The notes beneath the pieces are model-generated. The model was not told where the DNA came from, did no database searches, and saw only the letters and a program-made list of their open reading frames with translations. The position numbers were made by a program, and so were the translations under genes. A DNA stretch of 63,229 nucleotides, filler included, from Neoconidiobolus thromboides FSU 785 (Eukaryota > Fungi > Entomophthoromycota): NCBI GenBank assembly GCA_025603075.1. It is 5 parts of 5 records of this genome, joined end to end, with 100 filler letters (N's around TTAATTAATTAA, not from the genome) between each part and the next. Parts side by side here need not be neighbours in the genome. Positions count along the whole stretch, not along the records: positions 61,816 to 63,229 come from MU626971.1; 4 more parts are not named here. One strand, 5' to 3'. The first letter of the stretch is position 1. Every line of letters starts with the position of its first letter. Of the stretch, positions 62,123-63,229 are shown in pieces.

Positions 62123-62688
62123 CATAAAAATGTTTTTATATAATTTCTAAAGTACTGACTTGTTTATATTTATTAATATCCCCATTTGATCCAGTTAAAC
62201 TATATAAAACCAAATAAAAACTTTATAATTTTTTATCATAGTTGCTAAATATAAATATTAAAATATTAAAAGCAATTTTAAAAAAGACAGGTTAGTGAAA
62301 ATAAAGAACTTTAAAAATCAAAATTATTTTATTAAAAGTTAATATGTTATACTGGATATAATTATAGCTGCCTTAATTGCTTTGATTTTGACTTAGTTTT
62401 ATTGTTTAACTAATTTTACTTTTTTGATCCATTACAAAAGTGATTTTCAAGCTCAAAAATAAAATTATAAACTAAAATTTTATCATAAATAGGATTTCAA
62501 AAAAATAAATATAGTATCAAATATTTTGATTATAACTAATAACAGTTTAATAAATATATAGCTTATAATCGAAATTTGCTTAATACAAGATAACTAAAAC
62601 TTTTTAGAATTTAGTACTTTTGTTAATAACGAGTAAGTTTTTTATACAAATTAAAGTGCACACATATATAAAATTCCATTAAAAATAT

Positions 62689-62786
62689 TGGGATATATTT
62701 TTGTATTTAAGAATTTTACTAACAAATTTTCTACTCAAACAGTGCTTAAAAAATAGAAAAAGTAATGGAGTCAAAAATACACTCTC
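62689..62786 (+). mobile_element. MITE copy
   Basis: tgggatat...acactctc with core ttttgtatttaagaattttactaacaaattttctactcaaacagtgcttaaaaaatagaaaaag. Confidence 0.82.
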
Positions 62787-62983
62787 ATTAGTAGTTTTAA
62801 AAATTACTTAAACTTCTAGCTTTTAAAATAACTTAAAATTCTATAAACAATATTATTTTTTATGGGCATTTTAACTTTTCAAAATTAATCACACATGTAT
62901 TATAGAGCTATATTTTTTTTTGCTTAAAGATTTTATTAATAGTTTTTTACTAAATAATACTTAAATATGGCCTTATAATATAT

Positions 62984-63170
62984 GAGGATTGTCTGAATTA
63001 GTTTCATTTTTTTATCCAATTTTTAGAAAATTTATACTTCAAGGACTCTGCTTAAAATTCTATAAAAACAAAATTTTATTAAAACAAAAATACCCCAGAC
63101 ACAGTTCTAAATTATTCTATCATAATTTATGTTGTAAGTTAGCTGAATTTCTACTAAATTTAATAGAAAT
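62984..63170 (-). mobile_element. Right-end fragment (~190 bp) of another Sola2-like copy
   Basis: atat|gaggattgtctgaattagtttca aligns with 47711 onward and with the reverse complement of ~15835-16022. Confidence 0.8.
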
Positions 63171-63229
63171 TTTCGAATTAGCAAGGCTTTTACCAATATA
63201 ATACCTACATTGATATCAATCAAAATTGT

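Noticed and set aside
869-62786. Recurring palindromic ~100-mer as a CRISPR or REP-like array
   Set aside because: Copies are dispersed kilobases apart in both orientations with TSDs and no regular spacers, and the genome is eukaryotic.
555-63201. Remaining short AT-rich ORFs (e.g. 555-776, 904-1092, 2971-3207, 5037-5261, 26097-26333, 32957-33148, 49381-49572, 60070-60303, 62989-63201)
   Set aside because: F/I/L/K/N-biased chance ORFs, often with non-ATG starts. Several overlap repeats or MITEs.

Overview
Very AT-rich eukaryotic DNA. The gene families (Zn2Cys6 factors, expanded trypsins, chitin deacetylase, short GT-AG introns) fit an early-diverging, probably insect-associated fungus such as a Conidiobolus-like Zoopagomycota; this is inference. 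The window is five sequence blocks joined by artificial 100-nt spacers (44 N + TTAATTAATTAA + 44 N), so adjacency across gaps is unproven. Block 1 (1-18148) looks like an old ~18 kb inverted duplication: its homologous arms are identical at the outer edge and decay inward, with twin divergent Zn2Cys6 genes near the centre and a decayed Sola2-like DNA transposon. Block 2 (18249-48832) is a gene-sparse, nearly intronless island: four trypsin loci, two convergent carboxypeptidase-B-like M14 genes, a chitin deacetylase, a class A-like GPCR, an M64 metallopeptidase, a homeobox gene and tRNA-Glu. Block 3 (48933-59801) is a compact intron-rich housekeeping run (AVL9, CDC43, TRS23, COX11, CMC1, POC4) flanked by outward-facing alkenal-reductase paralogs. 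Block 4 (59902-61715) starts and ends with the same 95 bp inverted, within two outward-facing unknown ORFs. About 14 copies of a ~100 bp MITE with GRGG...CCYC ends and 4-bp ANNT target duplications are scattered throughout. The most interesting signals are the repeated inverted gene-pair architecture with patchy homogenisation, the Sola2-like/MITE system, and a trypsin with an out-of-frame duplicated catalytic-Asp module that a new intron could rescue. All calls are by eye; no searches were run.
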